The notes below the pieces were generated by a model. The model was not told the DNA's origin, did not search any database, and saw only the letters and a list, made by a program, of their open reading frames with translations. A program made the translations under genes and the position numbers. 44,878 nt of DNA from Candidatus Kapaibacterium sp. (GTDB taxonomy: Bacteria > Bacteroidota > Ignavibacteria > Kapaibacteriales > HRBIN21), in NCBI GenBank assembly GCA_025055465.1, contig JANWXA010000001.1:1-44878 (forward strand). Reading direction: 5' to 3'. Of this stretch, positions 1 through 8,762 are shown piece by piece. How positions within the stretch are numbered: position 1 is the stretch's first letter; each line of letters opens with the position of its first letter.

Positions 1-48
1 CTTTGGCTGCTGCTGCCGCTTCCTTGCGCGGGCTTGCCGAATTCCGCC

Positions 49-996
49 ATGGGGATCCATATGTCAAGCCGCTCCAGGAGTATTACGCCGAATAACCCCC
101 CTGCAAGGAGAGGGCCCACCGTTGCAGAGGCTCTCTCTGCCGCAGCACACCGCCTGGAACGGGCAGGGGTAGACAGCCCTGGGCGAACCGCTGAGATACT
201 CCTGTGCCATGTACTACAGTGGGATCGCCTACGCCTTGTTCTGCAGCGGAATATGACTCTCCCACACAGCATCCACCAACGTTTCACTCGCTTACTACAG
301 CGGCGCCTCCAGCGAGAACCCCTGCAGTACATCTTAGGTGAGACCGAATTTTACGGACTTCGCCTCCGAGTACGCCACGGTGTCTTTATCCCTCGCCCCG
401 AGACCGAGCTCTTAGTAGAAGAGGCGCTCGCCACAGCACGGAGCTACGGTCTTACTCACCTTCGCATTCTGGACATCGGAACGGGTTCTGGCTGCGTTGC
501 GTTGGCTGTTGCCCAGCATTGTCCCCACGCGTCTGTGATTGGCGTAGATGTCTCAGTAACAGCTCTTAGCCTTGCCCGCCAGAATGCCCGGAAGTTGGGG
601 CTGTCTACAGTGCGTTTCCACTACACGGACATCCTTCGTGCTCTGCCACCCGGCAAACCCTTCCACATCATCGTCGCAAACCCGCCTTATATCCCTGTTA
701 CAGAGCTGCCCCATCTTCAACCGGAGATACGGCTATACGAACCGCCTTCTACTCTAACCGATGGCCTTGATGGCCTTGCCTTCTACCGGCGCTTTGCCGC
801 AATCTTCCCTCACCTCCTCTTTCCCCGAGGTTCATTCCTGGTAGAGGTCCCCGCTGGGGCCGCTACTGCTGTTGCCGCCCTTTTCCAGCCTATCGCCGCT
901 TCCCTGCACATCCGCAAAGACTACTGTGGCATAGAGCGCATCGTCATTGGCACCCTTGCCACAGACTCTACCTCCTGCCCCTCTACCGTTCGCTAA
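49..996 (+). CDS. prmC: Peptide chain release factor N5-glutamine methyltransferase (PrmC/HemK)
   Basis: ORF 34..996 (TTG at 34; first ATG at 49, another at 61). It has the SAM-binding motif ILDIGTGSGCVALAVA and the diagnostic IVANPPYI (NPPY) motif. Size and layout are typical of HemK/PrmC. Confidence 0.9.
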   Translation: MGIHMSSRSRSITPNNPPARRGPTVAEALSAAAHRLERAGVDSPGRTAEILLCHVLQWDRLRLVLQRNMTLPHSIHQRFTRLLQRRLQREPLQYILGETEFYGLRLRVRHGVFIPRPETELLVEEALATARSYGLTHLRILDIGTGSGCVALAVAQHCPHASVIGVDVSVTALSLARQNARKLGLSTVRFHYTDILRALPPGKPFHIIVANPPYIPVTELPHLQPEIRLYEPPSTLTDGLDGLAFYRRFAAIFPHLLFPRGSFLVEVPAGAATAVAALFQPIAASLHIRKDYCGIERIVIGTLATDSTSCPSTVR

Positions 997-1039
997 TTTC
1001 GTGCGCTAATGGAAGTTCTTTTCCATCGTACGAGGCGCC

Positions 1040-3328
1040 ATGCGCACCTTTGCCTTCGGCTTCCCCCGCCTGGGACAACGCCGGCAGTACAAGACACTCG
1101 TAGAGGCTTTCTGGGCCGGTTCGATCAGCGAGTCGGAGCTTCAGCAAGGATTCCGCGAACTGCAATGCGAACGGCTACAGGAGTACCACGGCATGGATCT
1201 CATCCCCAGCAATGAGCTTTCCCTTTACGACCCTATGTTGGACACCGCCGTCATGTGCGGTGCTATCCCCAGTCGCTTCGGAATATACAATGGACTGACC
1301 ACTTACTTCACGCTTGCTCGCGGGAAACAAGCTCTGGAGCTGACAAAATGGTTCAACACAAACTACCACTACCTTGTGCCGGAGCTGGAGCAGCCCAACT
1401 TCCATTTGTTGAAGAACTTCCCACTGGAAGACGTACGCCTCCATCGTCAACAAGGTGTAGAAACAGTGCCTACTCTGATTGGGCCATACACTTTCCTCCG
1501 CCTTTCCAAGCGCGTCCATCTCAACGGCGGCACCGTTACCGCTGTATCTCCACTGAGCGAGGACGACATCGCTCTCTTCAGTGCGGCACTGGTGCCTGTC
1601 TACAGCGAACTGCTCCGTACACTGCGTGACGAAGGTGTTACGCTGACCGTATTCCATGAGCCCGCTCTGGCCCTGGACGTCCCTGAGCTACACTGGACGC
1701 AAGTGACAGAATGGTACAGTGAACTGAGTCGCTCCGGGGTTGCTCTGTGGACTCTGTGTTATTATGACAGCGTCTCAGATTACCTGCACTTTTGCGAGCT
1801 GCCGGTCGCAGGCATTGGACTAGACTTCGTCTCTAACATAGAGAACTGGCAGGAGCTCCAGCGCCACGGCTTCCCTAAAGGCAAGACACTGATCGCTGGT
1901 ATCGTCAACGGGCGACAAGTGTGGCGTTCGGACTTGCAGGAGAGACTTCGTTTCGTAGAATCCCTCCTCCGCTTTGATGCGGACATCGTGCTTGCCCCCT
2001 CGTGCCCCCTTTTCCATCTCCCTGTGACCACGGAGCCGGAAACGCGACTCCCCGAGGGGCTTCGGGAGCGCTTAGCTTTCGCTCGCGAGCGAGTTGCTGA
2101 GCTGCGCCTCCTCAAAGCAGCCTTGGAAAGCCAGCCGGGAGCCTTGCATGAAGTAGTGGCCCAAACAGAATTGCTCCATCGGCCTTTCGCTCGCAACGAT
2201 ACTGTCGTCCGGCGCGTAGCAGCCCTGGCAGAAACCGACTTTCAACGAGTACCATCAGCGCCTCAACGCCGCCGCATACACCAACAACAGCTTCAGCTCC
2301 CTCTGCTGCCAACCACGACCATTGGCTCATTCCCGCAAACGGCGGAAATTCGACGTCTCCGAGGCCAACACCGGCGTGGAGAGCTCCCTGACCCCGAGTA
2401 CGTGTCCGCCATTCAGCAGCACATTCGCCATGCCATCGCCGTACAGGAAGAGGTAGGGCTGGATGTACTGGTACACGGGGAATTTGAGCGGAGCGATATG
2501 GTGGAGTATTTCGCCGAACGCTTAGAAGGCTTTGCTACTACTGAGCACGGATGGGTTCTTTCGTACGGTTCCCGCGTCTACCGCCCCCCTATCATCTACG
2601 GCGACATCTGGCGACCCCATCCAATGACCGTCCGGGAGATTACATACGCACAGTCGCTGACCCCAAAGCCTGTCAAAGGCATGCTCACCGGACCAGTAAC
2701 GATGCTCCTCTGGAGCTACTGGCGCCCAGATATTCCTCCAGAAGAGCTCGCCTACGAACTCGCTCTGGCAATCGCCGACGAAGTGCGAGACTTAGAAGCA
2801 GCCGGAATCCGTGTCATTCAAATTGACGAGCCCGCATTTCGCGAAGGAGCCCCACTCAAACGCCGCCATTGGAACACCTATTTCCGATGGGCAACGCGGG
2901 CGTTTCAACTTTGCCATGCCCATGCACGCCCAGAAACTCAAATTCACACACACATGTGCTACTCCGAATTCAACGACATCATGGATTACATCGCTCAACT
3001 GGACTTTGACGTGCTCTCCATAGAGGGCTCCCGTAGTAAAGGAGAAATCGTAGACCACTTTGCGGCATTGCCCTCGGAGAGTGTACAGGTCGGGGTTGGA
3101 GTCTACGACGTTCACTCCCCTGCAATTCCCGACACCGATGAGATCTCGGCGATTTTGGAGCGAGTCCTCCGTGTCCTACCACCTGAAGCCGTTTGGGTCA
3201 ATCCCGACTGTGGTCTCAAAACACGGCGCTGGGAAGAGGTCATCCCCGCTCTCCGAAACATGGTCACAGCCGCTCGCCGCCTTGCACAGCGGCTTCACAT
3301 CAGTGCCACGCAAGGGGAATGTCCATGA
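1040..3328 (+). CDS. metE: Cobalamin-independent methionine synthase (5-methyltetrahydropteroyltriglutamate-homocysteine S-methyltransferase)
   Basis: 762-aa ORF. The N-terminus MRTFAFGFPRLGQRRQYK is characteristic. The two-domain length fits, and the C-terminal zinc/homocysteine region (IQIDEPAFREG, HTHMCYSEF, VNPDCGLKTR) is typical of MetE. Confidence 0.95.
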   Translation: MRTFAFGFPRLGQRRQYKTLVEAFWAGSISESELQQGFRELQCERLQEYHGMDLIPSNELSLYDPMLDTAVMCGAIPSRFGIYNGLTTYFTLARGKQALELTKWFNTNYHYLVPELEQPNFHLLKNFPLEDVRLHRQQGVETVPTLIGPYTFLRLSKRVHLNGGTVTAVSPLSEDDIALFSAALVPVYSELLRTLRDEGVTLTVFHEPALALDVPELHWTQVTEWYSELSRSGVALWTLCYYDSVSDYLHFCELPVAGIGLDFVSNIENWQELQRHGFPKGKTLIAGIVNGRQVWRSDLQERLRFVESLLRFDADIVLAPSCPLFHLPVTTEPETRLPEGLRERLAFARERVAELRLLKAALESQPGALHEVVAQTELLHRPFARNDTVVRRVAALAETDFQRVPSAPQRRRIHQQQLQLPLLPTTTIGSFPQTAEIRRLRGQHRRGELPDPEYVSAIQQHIRHAIAVQEEVGLDVLVHGEFERSDMVEYFAERLEGFATTEHGWVLSYGSRVYRPPIIYGDIWRPHPMTVREITYAQSLTPKPVKGMLTGPVTMLLWSYWRPDIPPEELAYELALAIADEVRDLEAAGIRVIQIDEPAFREGAPLKRRHWNTYFRWATRAFQLCHAHARPETQIHTHMCYSEFNDIMDYIAQLDFDVLSIEGSRSKGEIVDHFAALPSESVQVGVGVYDVHSPAIPDTDEISAILERVLRVLPPEAVWVNPDCGLKTRRWEEVIPALRNMVTAARRLAQRLHISATQGECP

Positions 3329-4998
3329 GCATACGCACAGAAACCGTTCTCGTCTTAGGCGGATGGGGACTGGTCGGCTCTGCTGTATGCCGACGCATTG
3401 CACAGGAGCATCCACAGCGTTTGGTGCTCACCTCACTGCACCGTTCCGAAGCCGAGGAAGCCGCCTCCGAGCTCCGCCATCTCTTCCCCAATATCGCTAT
3501 CGAAGCTCGCTGGGGCGACATATTTGTCCGGGAGGAATGGAAGGACCTCCCTCGCTCAGACCTCTTATGCAACCCTGTTGCGCGCTCTGGCCTGATCGAG
3601 GACATTCTGGGCGAGTTAGACGAGGACCGCTTACTCAACTCTGCCCTATACTGCTTGCTGACCGACGTCCGTCCCGGCATTGTAATTGACTGCATCAACA
3701 CAGCAACGGCAATCGCTTACCAAGACATTTACAGTACCGCCAACACTGTCTGGCACACACTCCGGGAGGCTGCTCCCGCCACGGAAGCAACTGAGCGACT
3801 CCTAAGCAGCCTCTACATCCCGCAGCTTATCCGCCATATACAGCTCCTCTACCACAGCCTCATCGCTGCCGGGACACGGCTCTACTTGAAGGTAGGCACA
3901 ACCGGTACCGGCGGCATGGGGCTCAATATCCCCTACACGCACAGTGAGGAACGCCCCTCGCGCATACTATTGGCGAAATCCGCCGTGGCTGGTGCGCATT
4001 CGTCGCTGCTCTTCCTTATGGGGCGTACGCCCGGTGCCCCAGTCATCAAAGAAGTCAAGCCCGCTGCCATCATCGCATGGAAACGGATTGCCTACGATAC
4101 CGTGCTCTTCCGAGGACATCCCCTTTCCTGTGTCGACCTTCGCCCAGAAGAAGCCTTAGAATTGGGCGCTACCTTCCCTACCCAGCCCCCAGCAGCTCTT
4201 CAGTTCCTGGATGAGCCGCTGCGCTCAGTCTTCATTGACACAGGAGAAAATGGGGTCTTTGCCCGTGCCGAATTTGAAACTGTCAGCGCCCTTGGGCAGA
4301 TGGAGCTCATCACCCCTGAGGAGATCGCCGAAGTAGTCACGCGGGAAATCCTTGGCGGCAATACCGGTCACGACATCATTGCTGCTCTGGACTCCGCTAT
4401 CTTGGGGCCAACCTATCGCGGCGGCGTACTCCGGCATATTGCCCTGGAAACCTTACGCCGACTGGAGTGCGAGCACCAAACCGAGGGAGTTGCTTTTGAA
4501 ATGCTCGGTCCCCCGCGACTCACCAAGCTTCTCTACGAAACTCACCTGCTCAAGCGTGTTTTCGGCTCTATCCCGACCGTGCTGGAGCATTCGCCGGAGG
4601 ACATGGCCGTCAGTCTCTGGAACTTACTCTGCCGCGATAGCCGGCTGCGCTCACAAATCCTTACGGTTGGCCTGGTCATTCTCCTCCCAGATGGACGCCG
4701 CTATCTTCGAGGCTCTGAGGTCAAAGTCCCCCGTCCCGACGAGGACCCCCGATGTACTCCCGAGGCGCTAAACCGTTGGTGTGAAGCTGGCTGGATAGAT
4801 CTACGCCCAGTCAATATGGCACGTTGGCAAGAACGTCTTCGGCAGATGCTCCAACGTGCCCACGCCGGCGACGGTGGAAACAGCTCCAGGAACGGCGAAT
4901 GGCTCTTACACTGGGCACGATTAACCGAGCTGGACGAAGGCAACATCGCCGCATGGGTCCTTACATACGAAGAGCATGGTGCCCGCGGCAAACGCTAA
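3325..4998 (+). CDS. Hypothetical NAD(P)-binding Rossmann-fold protein, family not recognised
   Basis: The tracked ORF 3193..4998 overlaps metE. Plausible starts are ATG 3325 (ATGA overlap with the metE stop 3326-3328) or ATG 3319. The N-terminus TVLVLGGWGLVGSAVCRRI is a classic beta-alpha-beta dinucleotide-binding loop. The remaining ~430 aa (including VGTTGTGGMGLNIPYTHSE) do not match any family I can name. Confidence 0.75.
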   Translation: MSIRTETVLVLGGWGLVGSAVCRRIAQEHPQRLVLTSLHRSEAEEAASELRHLFPNIAIEARWGDIFVREEWKDLPRSDLLCNPVARSGLIEDILGELDEDRLLNSALYCLLTDVRPGIVIDCINTATAIAYQDIYSTANTVWHTLREAAPATEATERLLSSLYIPQLIRHIQLLYHSLIAAGTRLYLKVGTTGTGGMGLNIPYTHSEERPSRILLAKSAVAGAHSSLLFLMGRTPGAPVIKEVKPAAIIAWKRIAYDTVLFRGHPLSCVDLRPEEALELGATFPTQPPAALQFLDEPLRSVFIDTGENGVFARAEFETVSALGQMELITPEEIAEVVTREILGGNTGHDIIAALDSAILGPTYRGGVLRHIALETLRRLECEHQTEGVAFEMLGPPRLTKLLYETHLLKRVFGSIPTVLEHSPEDMAVSLWNLLCRDSRLRSQILTVGLVILLPDGRRYLRGSEVKVPRPDEDPRCTPEALNRWCEAGWIDLRPVNMARWQERLRQMLQRAHAGDGGNSSRNGEWLLHWARLTELDEGNIAAWVLTYEEHGARGKR

Positions 4999-5602
4999 AG
5001 CACCCGGTCCTGTCCGTGTTGCCATCTTCGCTTCTGGGCGCGGAACCAATGCTGAAGCTCTCATCCGCTTTTCCTACCGTCCCGAAGCACTTTACCAAGT
5101 TGTTCTCATCCTCAGCAACAACTCCACCGCTGGCGTCCGACAGGTCGCAGAGCGCTACCGTATCCCATTTGTTCACATCAGTAGCCACACCCACCCAGAT
5201 CCGGCGGAGTACGCCGATGCTCTCCTGCAGCAACTTCGAACCCACGAAGTTGAGCTCATCGCCTTAGCCGGCTATCTGAAAAAAGTCCCACCAGCAGTCG
5301 TGCAGGCTTACCGTGGGCGCATCTTCAACATTCATCCTGCCTTGCTCCCTCGATTCGGTGGCCCAGGTATGTATGGCCTCCATGTACACGAAGCTGTTCT
5401 GCACGCCGGCGAACCTTTTACTGGGGTCACCGTTCATATTGTGGACGAGGACTACGACACCGGCACTGTGCTGGCCCAACTCCGCATTCCTGTCCTCCCC
5501 GAGGACACCCCCGAATCCCTCGCAGAACGCCTGCTGGTGTACGAACACGAACTGTACCCACGCGTTCTCAACCAACAAGCCCGTATCCTGCGCCGATGCT
5601 AA
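4976..5602 (+). CDS. purN: Phosphoribosylglycinamide formyltransferase (GAR transformylase)
   Basis: 208-aa ORF with VRVAIFASGRGTNAEALI at the N-terminus and IFNIHPALLPRFGGPGMYG plus TVHIVDEDYDTG formyltransferase core motifs. ATG 4976 overlaps the upstream gene by 23 nt. Confidence 0.93.
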   Translation: MVPAANAKAPGPVRVAIFASGRGTNAEALIRFSYRPEALYQVVLILSNNSTAGVRQVAERYRIPFVHISSHTHPDPAEYADALLQQLRTHEVELIALAGYLKKVPPAVVQAYRGRIFNIHPALLPRFGGPGMYGLHVHEAVLHAGEPFTGVTVHIVDEDYDTGTVLAQLRIPVLPEDTPESLAERLLVYEHELYPRVLNQQARILRRC

Positions 5603-5701
5603 GCCGATGGCCGCTGGCTCCACGGGCTTCTCAGCAGCTTTGGGAGGAAGTTATTATTTTTACGCTCTTCACTTTGGAAGTCAAACAGCGTACAGCTCCC
5701 C

Positions 5702-7837
5702 ATGAGGGTTTACGAAACGCAGCATATCCGGAATGCTGTCCTATTGGGGCATGCCGGCTGTGGAAAGACCAGCCTTGCCGAAGCTATCCTCTTTTTTGCC
5801 GGTGCTACAACGCGCAGAGGTAGCATCCAGGAGCGCAACACTATTTCAGACTACCACGAAATAGAGCACGAACGCGGTACCTCGGTTTTCGCCAGTTTAC
5901 TCACGTTCGAGTGGAACGGCCACAAGCTCAATCTCCTGGATACCCCTGGATATGACGACTTCATCGGGCAGGTGCTTCCGGCCATGCGTGTCGCCGATCT
6001 GGGCTTGTTGTTGGTCAACCTGCAGAGCGGCGTCGAAGTCGGGACAGAGCTTCTCTGGAAGTACACCGAGCAGGAACGGCTTCCAGTGGCCTTTGTGTTG
6101 AGCAAACCCGACGGGGAACAGGCAAACTTCGAACGCACGCTTGCTCATATCCAGCAGCGGCTTACCTCCAGTATCGCTGTCTTGCACTATCCCGTCGGCG
6201 AAGGAGCGCACGTCCAAGGCATTGTGGACGTACTGAGCCAGCGTCTCTACGGGCCCGACATGCCGGGCACTCCAGCACAGCCACAGCCCGTACCCCAGAG
6301 CGAACAGGAACGCCTGCAGCGTTTCCGAGAACAGCTTATGGAGGCCGTCGCGGTTGCCGACGAGCAGCTCATGGAGGCTTACTTTGCCAAGGGAGAACTC
6401 AGCCCAGAAGAGCTCCGGCGAGGCCTTCGTCATGCTATACTGCAACGCGCCGTCTTCCCTGTTCTCTGCGCCGGAGCCGAAACCGCTATAGGGCTCGCTC
6501 GGCTGCTGCACTTCCTCACCGACATCTTCCCCGCTCCAACCGAGCTGCCACCTATCCATACTACCGATGGTAAGCCACTCCGCTGTGATTCTTCAGAGCC
6601 CGCAGTTGCCTTCGTCTACCGCACCCTGTCCGAACCCAGCTTAGGTGATATGAGCTTCATGCGCGTCTATTCCGGGACCCTCCGGGCTGGGATGGAGTTG
6701 GTCAATGCCCAGACAGGCGCCACAGAGCGTCTGCCCCAACTCTTTACTGTTCTGGGCAAAAAGCGCACAGAAGTCACCCCTATTGTCGCCGGAGACCTTG
6801 CGGCAACGGTCAAGCTTCGGAATACGCATACCAACAACACCCTCCACGAAAAGGGTGCTGTCGCTTACACCCTACCCTTGATTGAATTTCCACCCCCACG
6901 CGTTCGTGTTGCCGTACTCCCCGTCAAAAAAGGCGATGAAGAAAAAGTAGGTTCGGCCCTGCACCAGCTACAGGAAGAAGACCCCAGCTACCGTGTAGAA
7001 CATGCCCAGGAACTGCGCCAAATCATTCTTCACGGACAAGGCGAGCTCCACCTGGCAGTCGCTCGCTGGCTTCTCCTTCATCGCTTCCGCGTAGAAGCTG
7101 AGTTCGTGGAGCCTCGCATCCCTTATCGGGAAACCATCCAAAAGCCCGCAAAAGGCTACTACAAACACAAGAAACAGACCGGCGGCGCCGGACAATACGC
7201 AGAGGTTCACCTGCTCGTTGAACCTTATACTAACGGCATGCCTGACCCAGCAGGGCTGACTGTACGGAGCAAAGAGGAGCACGATCTTCCCTGGGGCGGG
7301 AAACTGGTCTTCCTCAACTGTATCGTTGGGGGCGTCATTGATACTCGGTTCATGCCTGCCATCCTCAAGGGCATCATGGAAAAGATGCAGGATGGGCCAC
7401 TAACGGGTTCATACGTCCGTGACATCCGCGTCAGTGTCTTCGACGGCAAAATGCACCCCGTTGACTCCAATGAAGCCGCTTTCAAGATTGCAGGTATGAT
7501 GGCCTTCAAACACGCCTTCTTGGAAGCGGATCCAAGGGTACTGGAACCTATCTACGAAGTGACTATCACGGTACCGGATGAGTTCGTCGGTGCTGTCATA
7601 AGCGATCTGCCCTCGCGACGCGCAGTTATCCTGGGTGTGGAAAGCGACGGACACTACCAGCGCATCCGCGCCCACATGCCCCTGGCTGAGCTGGACAAGT
7701 ACTCGGCAGCTCTGCGCTCACTGACCCAAGGGCGTGCTACCTATATGCAGCGTTTTATCGAGTATGTCCCCGTGCCGCCGCATATTCAGCAGAAGCTCGT
7801 AGAAGAACATCGCACTCACGTCGCTGAGGAAGCTTGA
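5702..7837 (+). CDS. fusA: Elongation factor G paralogue (EF-G2-like translational GTPase)
   Basis: 711-aa ORF with G1 GHAGCGKTSL and G3 DTPGYDDF motifs, full five-domain EF-G length, and a C-terminus resembling EF-G domains IV/V (HPVDSNEAAFKIAG). The G4 motif reads SKPD instead of NKxD. It is not in an rpsL-rpsG-fusA-tuf context, so I call it a paralogue. Confidence 0.88.
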   Translation: MRVYETQHIRNAVLLGHAGCGKTSLAEAILFFAGATTRRGSIQERNTISDYHEIEHERGTSVFASLLTFEWNGHKLNLLDTPGYDDFIGQVLPAMRVADLGLLLVNLQSGVEVGTELLWKYTEQERLPVAFVLSKPDGEQANFERTLAHIQQRLTSSIAVLHYPVGEGAHVQGIVDVLSQRLYGPDMPGTPAQPQPVPQSEQERLQRFREQLMEAVAVADEQLMEAYFAKGELSPEELRRGLRHAILQRAVFPVLCAGAETAIGLARLLHFLTDIFPAPTELPPIHTTDGKPLRCDSSEPAVAFVYRTLSEPSLGDMSFMRVYSGTLRAGMELVNAQTGATERLPQLFTVLGKKRTEVTPIVAGDLAATVKLRNTHTNNTLHEKGAVAYTLPLIEFPPPRVRVAVLPVKKGDEEKVGSALHQLQEEDPSYRVEHAQELRQIILHGQGELHLAVARWLLLHRFRVEAEFVEPRIPYRETIQKPAKGYYKHKKQTGGAGQYAEVHLLVEPYTNGMPDPAGLTVRSKEEHDLPWGGKLVFLNCIVGGVIDTRFMPAILKGIMEKMQDGPLTGSYVRDIRVSVFDGKMHPVDSNEAAFKIAGMMAFKHAFLEADPRVLEPIYEVTITVPDEFVGAVISDLPSRRAVILGVESDGHYQRIRAHMPLAELDKYSAALRSLTQGRATYMQRFIEYVPVPPHIQQKLVEEHRTHVAEEA

Positions 7838-7906
7838 GATGGAAACCCCCTGAGAAGAGCTGTAATTTAGCGTCCTAAACATGTCCCTCAATAAAGGAGT
7901 TCGTCG

Positions 7907-8419
7907 GTGTCTGTAAACACTCTGTTTTTCTTCCTCTTCGGAGCTGCTGGTATAGGCTTTGCGCTGGCAGTTATCACGCGCCGCAACCCTGTTGCCTCTG
8001 CACTCTGGATGATCGGCTACTTCCTTGCACTGGCGGGGCTATACCTGACACTCCAAGCGTCCCTGATTGCCGTCATGCAAGTGCTGATCTATGCCGGCGC
8101 CATTATGGTGCTGGTCATCTTCGTCATCATGCTGTTGAATTTAGGAAACCCCGAGCAGCTCCGGGAACGCTTCAATCCGCGTGTTGGGCTGGCAAGCGCC
8201 CTGGGCGCTCTGCTGGTTCTTCAGTTTCTGGTTTTTCTCCTAAGCCGCCCCACTGGTTATACTGCCCCCTCCCCAAAGGCGTCCGAGATCGGCTCCCCGG
8301 AAAACCTCGGGCAGGTCCTTTTCACTGACTATCTTTTTCCGTTCGAGGCAGTTTCTCTCCTTCTGTTGGCCGCCGTCGTCGGTGCCGTCGTCTTGGCTAA
8401 ACGGAAGTTGGAACCCTAA
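7907..8419 (+). CDS. nuoJ: NADH-quinone oxidoreductase subunit J
   Basis: 170-aa hydrophobic ORF with a GTG start at 7907, preceded by AAGGAG (7894-7899) at 7-nt spacing. The helices [25 protein letters not shown] and the C-terminal VGAVVLAKR are typical of NuoJ/ND6. Confidence 0.85.
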   Translation: MSVNTLFFFLFGAAGIGFALAVITRRNPVASALWMIGYFLALAGLYLTLQASLIAVMQVLIYAGAIMVLVIFVIMLLNLGNPEQLRERFNPRVGLASALGALLVLQFLVFLLSRPTGYTAPSPKASEIGSPENLGQVLFTDYLFPFEAVSLLLLAAVVGAVVLAKRKLEP

Positions 8420-8435
8420 GGATTTCGGAGCAGCC

Positions 8436-8744
8436 ATGTCAACTTTGCCATTGGAAGCCTACTTGCTGTTGTCAGCAACCCTATTCACCATTGGCGTCGT
8501 GGGTGTGTTGACCCGCCGTAACGCCATCATCATTCTCATGTCTATCGAGATTATGCTCAACGCTGTCAACCTGTCGCTGGTGGCTTTCTCGGCATACTTA
8601 GGGAATGCGGAAGGGCAGCTTCTGGTCTTCTTTGTCATGGCGGTGGCGGCCGCCGAGGCCGCCGTCGGGTTAGCAATCATATTGGCCCTCTTTCGGAACC
8701 AGCAGACCGTCTACGTAGATGAGGTCAATATCCTGCGGTGGTAG
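8436..8744 (+). CDS. nuoK: NADH-quinone oxidoreductase subunit K
   Basis: The tracked ORF starts at 8382, but ATG 8436 gives a 102-aa protein. It reads [46 protein letters not shown] ... [18 protein letters not shown], a close match to the conserved NuoK/ND4L pattern. Confidence 0.9.
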   Translation: MSTLPLEAYLLLSATLFTIGVVGVLTRRNAIIILMSIEIMLNAVNLSLVAFSAYLGNAEGQLLVFFVMAVAAAEAAVGLAIILALFRNQQTVYVDEVNILRW

Positions 8745-8762
8745 TACTGACCCCGGATAGCC

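Noticed and set aside
1008-1025. Hairpin ATGGAA-GTTCTT-TTCCAT between prmC and metE as a terminator
   Set aside because: The stem is only 6 bp and AT-rich, with no following T-run. It is too weak to call.
3193-3324. N-terminal extension of the Rossmann ORF. The same applies to the extensions 19597..19767 (ftsE), 31338..31496 (pta), 40974..41117 (maf), 41557..41715 (permease), 36326..36496 (T9SS protein) and 39150..39251 (SDR).
   Set aside because: Each extension lies inside the upstream gene in another frame. Each precedes an internal ATG that yields the canonical family N-terminus and a 1-4-nt (14-nt for the permease) overlap with the upstream stop.
5897-6559. 220-codon minus-strand ORF. 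The same applies to 15568..16356 and 26890..27684.
   Set aside because: These are antisense to the EF-G paralogue, GS-III and the beta-barrel gene respectively, and have no motifs. They are shadow ORFs.
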